Below, in pieces: positions 36,970 to 48,900 of a stretch of 64,000 nucleotides of DNA (the first letter of the stretch is position 1; the number at the start of each line of letters is the position of its first letter). The stretch covers positions 67,952,001 to 68,016,000 of the forward strand of contig CM069131.1 in assembly GCA_035221665.1 (NCBI GenBank). The letters run 5' to 3'. A program made the position numbers and the translations under genes. The DNA comes from Okamejei kenojei. Lineage: Eukaryota. Under the pieces are notes generated by a model. That model was not told where the DNA came from. It saw only the letters and a program-made list of their open reading frames with translations, and ran no database searches.

Positions 36970-39900
36970 GCACCCACCGAGGGGCCATACTTCATCCAAA
37001 CCTCCAGGAACCATCACGGGCCCGCCTTCAGCTGCCGAATCTTCTCTTGATGTCAACCTCCTTCGCTCACTTTTAACATCCACTCACTTGTGTTTCCCAA
37101 CAACAAGCAGCGTCAGTTATGATGTTCATGCACTCCTATTTGGGCATGGCTATATAGGGTCTTTTCCTCTCGCCTTCACTAGTGCTTTCTTTTCTTCAGC
37201 GTTGACCAGGGGTGATGACTCACTATCTTCACACACTATGCTAATTTCTGGTGAATTCTGCCTTTGTATTGGTGTTCTCCGGAGATGGTCAGGCTATTTG
37301 ACATCTTTTTGTCTTCTGGCTTTGCCCTCATGGTGAATCCAATGACACTGCAAAGAGGAGTTAGCTTGGTTCTCAATCATCATTAGCTCCAGCTACTTCT
37401 GGACAGTTGTGATACCTTGGTTTTCAGTTACAATTCCGTGGTAGAGTTTCTGATGTCTGTTCCTCCCATGTATGTTCCCTCCACATTGTGTCGAGTGTTG
37501 ATTTGTGTGTGGGTTCCTGTCTTGTGACAAGAATGGCTTGTTACCAGAGAGATCGCTTGGCTTTCAGTGTCGCTATATGCATTTATGGTTAACTACATTG
37601 GCAAATGCTCCTCCGGCACCCATTGAGGCCGTCTTCGTCCTCCCTCGGACCCACCGCGTGGCCGGGGACGTCTTGAGCTGCTGATCCTCTTTGGATGGTA
37701 CACTTCTTTCTTTAACTCATGCTTGTGTTTCCCACCAACAAAGCAAGTCTCAATAAGATACTGAATGCTCTCTGTTAAAGTTCTGGCTGGGATTTTTCCC
37801 CTCCTTGTCATCACTGTGCCTTTCTTTTTTTAATTCACTTGATGAATTGCTGGATGGTTGCAACTTCAGTCAAAAGTTCGCCAGGTATTTGACATCTTTT
37901 TCTTCTGGCTTTGCTCTGATGGTGATCCAATTATTACTGCAAGAGCAAGAGCAGCTTGGTTTTCAATCATTGTTAGCTCCAGCTTCTTCTTGGAACGTTG
38001 TGAATGTGCCTTGGTTTTCGAATAGACTATCGTGGTGGGGTTCGGATGCTCTGTTCTCAATGTATGTTCATTTTTCTTTTGTCCAGGTTGATTTGGAGTG
38101 TTGGGTTCGTCTGTGACAAAAGATAGCCTTCATTTACCATAGATCCTTGTCTTTCAGGTGTGCAATTCTACATGCGTCTAAAGTACTATTGGCATCTTGG
38201 CTGCTCTGTCATCTTCTATCGACCACGGCATTCACGAGGGCCCTTCTTGTCAGTCCAATCCGCCGAGAACCCACCATGGGGCCCCATTCTTCGCTGCGGT
38301 GTTCTCTCTATGGATGGCTCTATCTGTCTTCCTGCTCCCTGGCTGGGTTCTTTCCTCCTCATCATTCACTGGTGGTTTCTTTTGTTTAGTATTTAAATTG
38401 TGATGGCTCCTTCTTCAAGCAAATAGATGCATCATTCTGGAGATTCTGTCTTGCTTGCAGAGCCCTTTCAGAAGTGGTCAGGCTATTTGACATCTTTCTT
38501 CTGGCTTTGCCATGATGGTGAATCTCAATGATGCTGCAAGAAGAGTCCAGCTTGGCTCCCACGGACGTTTGTTCCAGCTGCTTCTCGTTCAGTTGGTGAT
38601 GTGTGGTTTTCCCCAGTGGGACAATCCGTGGTAAGAGTTTTGATGTCCTGTCCTCCCATGTATGTTCACTTCCACATTTGGTAGCGTTGATTTGGTGTGG
38701 GTTCTGTCCTGTGCAAGATAGGCTTCATTACAGAGATCCTTGGCTTTTCAGGGTGTCGCATTCTGCGCATTTGTCAAAACTACCTTGGCAGATGCTTCTG
38801 TTCGTCTTCTCTCCGTCCTTTCGGCGCCTACCGAGGGCTCGTCTTCGGTCCAACCTTCAGAACCCCACCTCGGTGCCCGTCTTCAGCTGCTGAATCCTCT
38901 CTTGGATGCACACCTTGCTCACTTTAACTTCCTTGCTTGTGTTTCCCACCAACAGGCAGTCTCAGTTATGATGCTCATGCTCTCCTGTGAAGTTCTGGCT
39001 GGGTTTTTCCTCCTCGTCATCACTGGTGCTTTTTTTTAAATTTCAGTGTTGAATTGTCTGGATGGTCCAACTTCAGACAAAAGTATGGTCATTCCTCGAG
39101 ATTCCTGGTGTCCTCCAGTTTGGTCAGGCTATTTAACATCTTTCTTCTGGCGTTGCCCTGATGGTGAATCTAATGGACACTGCAAAGAGAGATCAGCTTG
39201 GTTCTCAAATCATCGTTAGCTCCCAGCTGCTTCTGGTCAGTTGTGATGCCTTGGTTTTCCAAGAGACAATCTGTGGTAGGGGTACTGATTGCTTCTGTTC
39301 ATCAATGTATGTTCCTTCTTTCTTTTGTCGAGTGTTGGTTATTTGGGTGTGGGTTCTGTCCTGTGAACAGATAGCCTTCATCAAGAGGATCGCTTGTCTT
39401 TCAAGTGTTCGCGTTCTGCATTTGTCGTAACTACTATTGGCACTTGCTACTCTTCGTCTTCAGCTCCGAACCACTGGAAACCCACCATGGCCCATCTTCA
39501 GCTGCCGGAGTCGCTCTCTAGGTTGGCTCTGTTGTCTTCTCGCTCCCTGAGAGGGAACAGTCACTCTCTTCAACGTCTTGCTTGGTGTTGACCAAAGTGG
39601 GTCATTTGTTGTTAACCTATCTTGTGCTTCTTGATCCCTCGTCTTTTCTTCTTCCTAGCACCCACCAAGGGCACCATCTTCAGCTGTCGAATCCACTTTG
39701 ACAGCAACTTACCCTTTAACATCCTCGCTTGTGTTTCACATCCCAAACAGCATCAGTGTGTGATGCTCATGTTCTCCTGTTTGGTCTGGCTGAGGTCTTT
39801 TCCTCCTCATCATCACTGGTGGTTTCTTTATGTTCAGTGTTGAATTGGTAATGGACTTCCATTTAAGAAATAGATGAATCATTCCTGGAAATTCTGCCCT

Positions 39901-42900
39901 TGCTCAGCTGCTTTGGTCAGTTGTGGATGCCTAGGTTTTTCCAGAGTCAATCCGTAGTTGGGTTCTGATGCTGCTGTTTCTCCCATATATGTTTTCTGCT
40001 CAGTTCATTTCCTCCTCCTTTTTTGTCTGTGTTGTTGGGTGATTGGATATGGTTGCTGTTTGTCCTCGAAAATGATCGGCTTCATGACGGAGATCCTTGA
40101 CTTTCACGTGTCACTTTCAGCATTTGTTGTACCTACCATTGCCATATGCTCCTCTTGTTTTATTTCTTTCTGGAACACCCACCGGGGCCGTCTCAGCTGC
40201 CAAGTCTCTCATGGGACGGCATTGTCAGCCTTACTCACCCCTCGACGGCCCACCTCATTCCCTTTTTAATAGCCTTTAACATTCAATCAAAGAAAGGGCC
40301 TATCCCTTCAACTTTGCATTGCAGCTAGATTATTTCCTACACAGGCCTGAATATCACAAATACTGAGTCTTGAAAAACACTTGCAGGTAAGTATAAGCAA
40401 ATAGGAGAATAAGGCATCAGACAAAGTAAAATGTAAGTTGCCGCTCTCGTGTTGCCTCGTTAAAGACACTCAGCAACCCAATAACGTTCTTTCCAAGAGT
40501 TCAAGAACATCTTCATCAACAGCAGTTTGTTAACACATTGCACCAGCAACACATTCAGAACCGAAAGCACCATTGTCTACTCACTTATGTTTATGTTCAT
40601 TATTTGACCGTCTTCATCTAATAGCGAAGCACTCTCAATTAAACAGAATTGCATCTGTCAACCACTTGGCAGTTAGATTTCAAAGAAACTTCAAACCTCC
40701 TCAATCATTTGCTACTAACATTGTGCACTTGCTCCTCTTCGTCTTCTCTCCGACCTCCAGCACCACCTAGGGCCCATCTTCGTCCAAACATCGTAACCCA
40801 CTATGGGCCCTCTTCAGGCGCGAAACAATTTGTTGGGCGGGGCTTCCATCCGTTCTTCTCGCTCCCTGAGGAGAACCTATCTTCCAATCTTTAAACCGTT
40901 TCGCATGGTTTATTGAAAGTTATTTGTCGTAAACTATTCTTCTCTTCTCCCTGGACACCCACCGCGGGGCCTGTCTTCAGCTGCCGTATCTCTTTTGTAT
41001 GCACACCTTGCTCTCTTTACATCTCGCATGTGGTTTCACACCATTCAAAGAGTTCTGGATGGGTCTTTGTCCTCTTATTTGTCATCACTGTGTGTTTATT
41101 TAGTTTGGTGTTGAATTGGTGATGGTCCATCTTAGGTTAAAAATAGAATGCATTATTCCAGAGAATCTTGCCTTGCTTAAGCAGAGTCCTGCCAGAGATG
41201 GTCAGACTATTTGCCATTTTTTTTTCTGACTTTGGCCCTGATGGTGAATCATGGACACTGTAGAGAGAAGGTCCAGCTGGTTTCCCCATTGATTTAGCTC
41301 GCTACGTCATGGTCAGATTTTGTGATGCCTTGGTTTTCCAGTGACAATCCATGGTAGGGTTCTGATGCTTCCTGTTCCCATAATGTATGTACCTATCTTT
41401 CTTTTGTCCAGTGTTGACGTGCATGTGGGTTCTGTCTATGACAAAGATAGACTTCCCTTACAGAGATCCCTTGGTTTTCAGAGTAGCTTTCTTCATTTTT
41501 CATAACTATCTTGGCACTGTACTTCTCCACACACAGCAGGCTGTCAGGTTATGATGCTCATGCTCTCCTGTTTGCTTCCTGACCTGGTCTTTTCTCCTTT
41601 CATCACTGGTGCTTTCTTTTTATTCAGTGTTGAATTGGCGATGGCTCATCTTCACTCAAAAGGATGCATTCATTACTAGAGTTTTCTAGGTCCTGCCAGA
41701 GCTGGTCAGGCTATTTGACATCTTTCTTCTGGCTTCGCACTGTTGGTGAATCAATGACCACTGCAAAGAGTCCAGCTTGTTTCTCAATCACTGGTTAGCT
41801 CCAGCTACTTCTGGTCAGTTGTGATACACTTGGTTTTCAAAGGGGCAATTCCGTGGCAGGGTTCCAATGCTGCTGTTCCTCAATGTATGTTCCTTCTTTC
41901 TTTTTGAGTGTTTGACTTGGGTGTGGGTTCTATCCTGTGCCGAGGATAGGTTCATTTCCGAGATCCTTGTCTTCAGGTGTCGCGTTTCTGCAATTGTGTA
42001 AACTACTATTGCACTTACTCCTCTTATCTTCCACTTCCGACCTCCGAGCACCACGAGGGCCCGTCTTCATCCAACCTCCAGGAAATCCACCGAGGCCTGT
42101 CTTCAGCTGCCGTGTCCTCTTTTGAAGGTCCATCCGTCTTCCTCGCTCCCCAAGGCTAGATCTTTAACCGTCTCGCTTTGGGTGATGAAACTGTGTCATT
42201 TGTCATAACTCTTTGCCTCCTGCTCCTTCATCTTCTTTCTGGCACCTATTGTGGGCCATCACTCCTCAGGCACCCACTGGGGCCCCGTCTTCAGCTGCGG
42301 ATTTCTTCTCTTGGACGGCACACATTGCATCTTCAACATCCTTGCTGTGCTCCCCAACATCATAAGCGCAGTCAGTTGTGATGCTATGAAATTCCCGTTT
42401 GGTCCTGGATGGTCTTTTCTCCTCGTCATCACTGGTGTTTTCTTTGTTCGGTGTTTGAATTGGTGATGGCTCCATCTTAAGTCAAAATGATTTATTATCT
42501 CCCGGAGATTCTGTTCTTGCTTGCATGAGTAATCCCAAGAGCTTGGTCAGGCTATTTGTCATTTTTCTTTGGCTTTGCCTGAAGGCGAATTCCAATGACA
42601 TGCAAAGAGGAGTCCAGCTTGGTTCTCAATCATTCGGTTAGCTCAGCTACTTCTGTCAGTTGTGATGCCTTGGATTTCCCAGTGGAAAATTCATGTAGAG
42701 TTCTGATGCTCTGTCCCTCCCATGTATTGTTGCCTTCCACATTTTGTAGTGTTGATTTGGGTTGTGGGTTCTGTCCTGTGACAGGATAGGCTTCATTTAC
42801 AGGAGGATCCCTTGGCTTTCAGGTGTAGCATTCTGCATTTGTCTGTAAACTTCCCATTGGCAGACGCTCCGTTCGTCTTCTCTCGTCCTCCGGCACCCAC

Positions 42901-45900
42901 GAGGGTCCGTCTTCGTTTCCAACTCCAGAACCCACTGCGGGGCCGTCTTCAGCTGCTGAATCCTCTCTTGGATGGCACACCTTGCTCAATTTAACTTCCT
43001 CCCTTTTCTGTTTCCCACCAACAGGCAGTCTCGTTTTGAATGCTCATGCTCTCCTGTGAGTCCTGGCCGGGTCTTTCCTCCTCCTCGTCATCACTGGAGC
43101 TTCTTTTAAAAATTCAGTGTTGCTGAGTGGCTCACATCTTTCAGTCAAAAGGATGCGTCATTCCTGGAGTTCTTCAGAGTTGGTCAGAGCTATTTGAAAT
43201 CTTTCTTCTGGCGTTGCCCTGATGGTGAATCAATGACACTGCAAAGGAGAAGAGCAGCTTGGTTCTCCAAATCTCGTTAGTCCAAGCTGCTTCTTGTCAA
43301 GTTGTGATTGCCTTGGTTTCCAAGGACATCTGTGGTAGGGTTCTTGATGCTCCTGTTCCTCAATGTATGTGTCCTTCTATTATTTTGTCGTAGTGTTGAT
43401 TTGGGGTGTGGGTTCTGTCCTGTGACCAAAGAAAGCCTTCATCAAGAGAGATCCATTGTCTTTCAAGTGTCGCTTTCTGCAGTTGCCGTAACTACTATTG
43501 GCTCTTGCCACTCTTTGTCTTCTCTCCGAACACCGGAACCCACCATGGGCCCATCTTAGGTGGCGAGTCCCGCTCTGGATGGCTCTGTTTGTCTTCTCGC
43601 TCCTGAGGCCAGCTCATCTCTTTAACCATCTTTGCTTGGGTGACCAAAGTGGGTCCTTTATTGTAACTATCTTTGCTTCTTGTTCTCTTCTTCATCTCTT
43701 CTCGGCAACACCATGGGCCTTCTTCAGTGTCGAATCCACTTGGACAGCACACCTTAACTTTAAATCCTGCTTGTGTTTTCAACATCATAAAAACAGCATC
43801 AGTTGTGGGCTCATGTTCTTCTGTTTGGTACTGGGCTATGGGTCTTTATTTTTCCTCCTCGTCATCACTGGGTGGTTTATTTTGTTCAGTGTTGAAGTTG
43901 GTATGGCTCCTTCTTCAAGCAAATAGATGCATCATTCCTTGGAGATTCTTGCTTGCTCGCGAGCCCTTTCAGAGCTGGTCAGTGGTATTTGAATCTTCTG
44001 CTGCTTTGCCTCTGATGGTGATGAAGTCAAGACACCGCAAAAGAAGAGTCAGCGTGGTTCCCATCAACATTAGCTCCCGCTGCTTCTGGTCAGTTGTGAT
44101 GCCTTGGTATTTCCCAGAGACAATCCGTAGTTGGGTTCTGTGCTGCTGTTTCTCCCATGTATGTTTTTTGCTTGGTTAATTATCGCTTTCCTTTTGTCTA
44201 GTGTTTGACTTGGACTCCGACAAGGATCGACTTCTTTACAGAGATCCCTTGACTTTCAGGTGGTAACTATTCTGATTTATTTACCCACATTGCCACCTAG
44301 GCACCTCTTTTTATCTTCTACTACGACACCCACCGTTTGGCCCGTCCTCAGCCGCCACGTCCTCTCTTTGGACGGCATTGTCGGGCACTTTCTCACATCG
44401 CAGCCCACCTCACCTCCTTTTAACAGCCTTTAACAATTCAATCAAGAATGACTATTCCTCACTTTGCATTGCAGTAGATAGATTAATTATCACTCTGTCT
44501 ACCTGCCTGAATATCAAATACTGGTCCAGAATTTTACACTTTGCAGGTTCGTAAGTAAGCAAATAGAGAAAATAAAGCAGCCAGACAAAATAAAATGTAA
44601 TTTTGCAGCTCTCGCTGGTGCCTCTTAAAAGACACTCAGCAACCCGACAATTTGTTCTTTTCCAGGTTCAAGACATCTTCCCATCAACCATCAGTATGTT
44701 GAACCACATTGCACAGCAAAAAATTTCAGAACCGAAAGCCCACATTTTTACTCAATTTTGCATTATGTTCATTATTTGGATTCGTCTTCTTCTTAATAGC
44801 CGAAGGCTTCAATTAAACAGAATGCATCGGTCAACCACTTGGGCTGTTTTAGATTTCAAAAGAACTCAACCTCCTCTATATTGGCAACTAACATTGGCAC
44901 TTGCTCCTCTTCGCCTTCTCTCCGACTCTGGCACCCACCGAGGGAACGTCTTCGTCCAACTCGTAACCCACTATGGGCCCGTTCTTCAGCTGCCGTATAA
45001 TCTCTTGGACTGGCTCCATCCCTCTGCCTCAATCCCTGAGGGGCCAGCTCACTCTTTAACCATTTGCTTGGGTATTGAAAATAAGTCATTTTTCGTAATA
45101 CTTTGCTTTTGATATCTTCTTCATCTTCTCCTGGCACCCATCACGGGCCTGTCTTCAGCTGCCGTATCTCTCTTGGATCAGCACAACCTGCTCTCTTCAA
45201 CATCCGCGCTTGTGTTCCCACCGTCAAGCAGAGTCAGTTGTGATGCTCATGAACACCTGTTTGGTCTGGGATGGAGTCTTTTCCTCTCGTTCATCATGGT
45301 GCTTTCGTTAGTTCGGTATTGAATGGTGATGGCTCCATCTTAGGTAAAAAAGATGCATTGTTCTCGGAGATTCTGCCTTGCTGGCAGAGTCCTTCCCAGA
45401 GCTGGTCAGGGCTTATGTGCCATATACTTCTGACTTTGCCATGATGGTGTAATCCAATGGACAATGCAAGAGGTGACCAGTTTGGGTTCCCATTTCATAC
45501 GTTAGGCTCCAGTAGTCTGGGGCAGTTGTGATGCCTTGGTTTTCCGAGTGACAATCATGGTAGGGTTTTGATGCTCCCTGTTTCCTCCCTGTATGTTCTT
45601 CCTCATTTTGTCCAGTGTTGACTTGGTGTGGGTTTGTCTGTGGACAAAGATAGGCTCATTACCAAGTATCCCTTGGCTTTCAGGTGTAGAATTCTGCAAT
45701 TTGTCGTATTATCAGTGGCATAGTCTTCTCTCCGACATCCGGCCCACCACCAAGTGTCCGTCATGAGTGCGAGTTGTATATCTCTTGGGACTGGCTCCCA
45801 TCCGTCTTTTCGCTCCTTGGACCGAGCTCGCTCTTTAACCGGTCTCGCTTGGGTGATGAAAGTAGAGTAATTTGTCCGTAAGGTATCTTTGCATCTTTAA

Positions 45901-48900
45901 TCCTCTTCTTCATCCTCACCTGGCACAAACGAAGATACGTTCTATCTCCGACACTCCATCGCAGGCTATCTTCAGCTCCCATATCCTTCTCTTGGACAGC
46001 GCACCCATGCTCTCTTTATCATCCTCGCTTGTGTGTTTCCCACAAACAAGCAGCGTCAGTTATGATGCTCATGCTCTCCTGTTTGCTCCGGGCCAGGTCT
46101 TTTCCTCTCATCATCACTGGTGGCTTTCTTTTATTCAGTGTTGAATTGGTGATGGCTCCATCTTCACTCGAAAAGATGCATCATTCTTAGAGTTTCCTAG
46201 GAGTCCTCTCAGAATTGGTCAGGCTATTTGACATCTTTCTTCTGCTTTGCCCTGATGGTGAATCCAATGACACGGCAAAGAGTCCAGCTTGGTTCTCAAT
46301 CGCCGCTAGCTCCAGCTACTTCTGGTCAGCTGTGATCCTTGGTTTTCAAAGGGACAATCCGTGGTAGGGTTCTGATGCTGCTGTTCCTCAATGTATGTTC
46401 CTTCTTTCTTTTGTCGAGTGTTGATTTGGGTGTGGGTTCTGTCCTATGATAAGTTAGGCTTCATTTCCAGAGATCCCTTGTCTTTCAGGTGTCGCGTTCT
46501 GCAATTGTCGTAACTACTATTGGCACTTGCTTCTCTTCATCTTCTCTCTGACCTCCAGCACCCGCCAAGGGTCTGTCTTCATCCAACCTCTGGAATCCAC
46601 CGAGAGCCTGTCTTCACTGCCGTGTCCTCTTTTCGGACGGGACCATCCGTTTTCCTTCGATCCCTGAGGGCCCAGCTTACTCTTTAACCATCTCGCTTGG
46701 GTGTTCAAAGTGCGATCATTTGTCAAACTCTTTGCCTCCTGCTCCTCTTCATCTTCTTTTTCGGCACCCACCCTGGGGCCCATCACTCCTCCGGCACCCA
46801 CCGGGAGCCCGGTCTGTCACTGCCAGATTCTTCTCTTGGACAGCACACCTTGCGCTCTTCAACATTCTTTCCATTCTTTCTTTTGTTTCCCCACAACAAG
46901 CAGCGTCAGTTTGTGATGCTCATGAAACTCTTGTTTGGTCCTAGATGGGTCTTTTCCTCCCTCGTCTCATCACTGGTGCTTTCTTTAGTTCGGTGTAGAA
47001 TTGGTTGATGGCTCCATCTTAGGTCAAAAAGATACATTATTCCCGGAGATTCTGCCTTGCTAGCAGAGTGCTCCCTGAGCTGGTTAGGCTATTTGTCTTT
47101 TTTTTTTCTGGCTTTGCCCTGAAGGTGAATCCAATGACAATGCAAAGAGGAGTACAGCTTGGTTCTCAATCATCGTTCACTCCAGCTTACATCTGGTCAG
47201 TTGTGATGCCTTGGTTTTTCCCCAGTGACAATCCATGGTAGGGTTCTGATGCTCCTGTTCTTCCCCTGCATGTTCCTTCCTCATTTTGTCCAGTGTTGAC
47301 TTGGGTGTGGGTTCTGTCTTGTGACAAAGATAGGCTTTATTACCGGAGATCCCTTGGCTCTCAGGTGTCGTGTTCTGCATTTGTTGTAACTACCATTAGC
47401 ACTTGCTCCTATTCGTCTTCTCTCCAACCTCTGGCACCCTCCGAGGGCCCGTCTTCAGCTGCCGAGTCCTCTCTTGGGCGGCTTCATCCGTCTTCCTCGC
47501 TCCCTGAGGGCCCAGCTCACTCTCTTTATCCGTCTCGTTTGGGGTGACGAAAGTGGGTCATTTGTCCATCGCTATCTTTGACACTGGCGCCTCTTCTTCA
47601 TCTTCTGTCTGGCACCCACCACGGTAAGGTCCAACCTCCAGCAACCACCATGGGCCCGTCTTCAGTTCCGAATCCTCTCTTGGATGACACACCTTGATCT
47701 CTTCAACATTTTCGCTAGTATTTCCCACCAACTAGCAGCTTCAATTATGATGCTTATGCTCTGCTGCTTGGGCCTGGCTGGGTCTTTTCCTCCTCGTCAT
47801 CACTGGTGCTTTCTTTTCTTCAGTGTTCAATTGGTGATGGGCTCCATCTTCAAGCCAAAATAGATGCATCAGTCCTAGAGATTCTGCGTTTCTAGTAGAG
47901 GTCCACTAGATCTGGTCAGGCTAATTTACATCTTTCTTCTGGCTTTGCCCTGATGGTGAATCCAATGACACTGCAAAGAGGAGTCCAGCTTGGTTCTCAA
48001 TCATCGTTCGCTCCAGCTATTTCTCGTCAGTTGTGATGCCTTGGTTTTCCCAGTGACAAATCGTGGGTAGAGTTCTGATGCTCCTGTCCCTCCCATGTAT
48101 GTTCCATCCACATTTTGTAGTGTTGATTTGGGTGTGGGTTCTGTCCTGTGACAAGGATAGGCTTCATTACCAGAGATCCCTTGGCTTTCAGGTGTCGCAT
48201 TCTGCATTTGTCGTAACTAACATTGGCAGATGCTCCTGTTCGTCTTCTCTCCGTCCTCCGGCACCCACCGAGGGGTCCGTCTTCGTCCAACCTCCAGAAC
48301 CCACCGCGGGCCCGGCTTCAGCTGCTGAATCCTCTCTTGGATGGCACACCTTGCTTACTTTAACTTCCTCGCTTGTGTTTCCCACCAACAGGCAGTCTCA
48401 GTTATGATGCTCATGCTATCCTGAGAAGTCCTGGCTGGGTCTTTTCCTCCTCCGCGACATCACTGGTGCTTTTTTTTAAATTCAGGGTTTGAAATGCTGA
48501 TGGTCCCAACTTCAGTCAAAAAGATGCATCATTCCTGGAGATTCCTGGAGTTCTTCCAGAGTTGGTCAGGCTATTTGACATCTTTCTTGCCCTGATGCTG
48601 AATCCAATGACACTGCAAATAGAAGAGCAGCTTGGTTCTCAATCATCGTTAGCTCCAGCTGCTTCTGGTCAGTTGTGATGCCTTGGTTTTTTCCAAGGAG
48701 ACAATCTGTGGTTAGGGTTCTGATGCTCCTGTTCCTCAATGTATGTTCCTTCTTTCTTTTGTCGAGTGTTGATTTGGGTTGTGGGTTCTGTCCTGTGACC
48801 AAAGAAAGCCTTCATTAAGAGAGTTCCCTTGTCTTTCAAGTGTCGCGTTCTGCATTTGTCGTAACTGCTATTGGCACTTGCTCATCTGTCTTCTCTCCGA

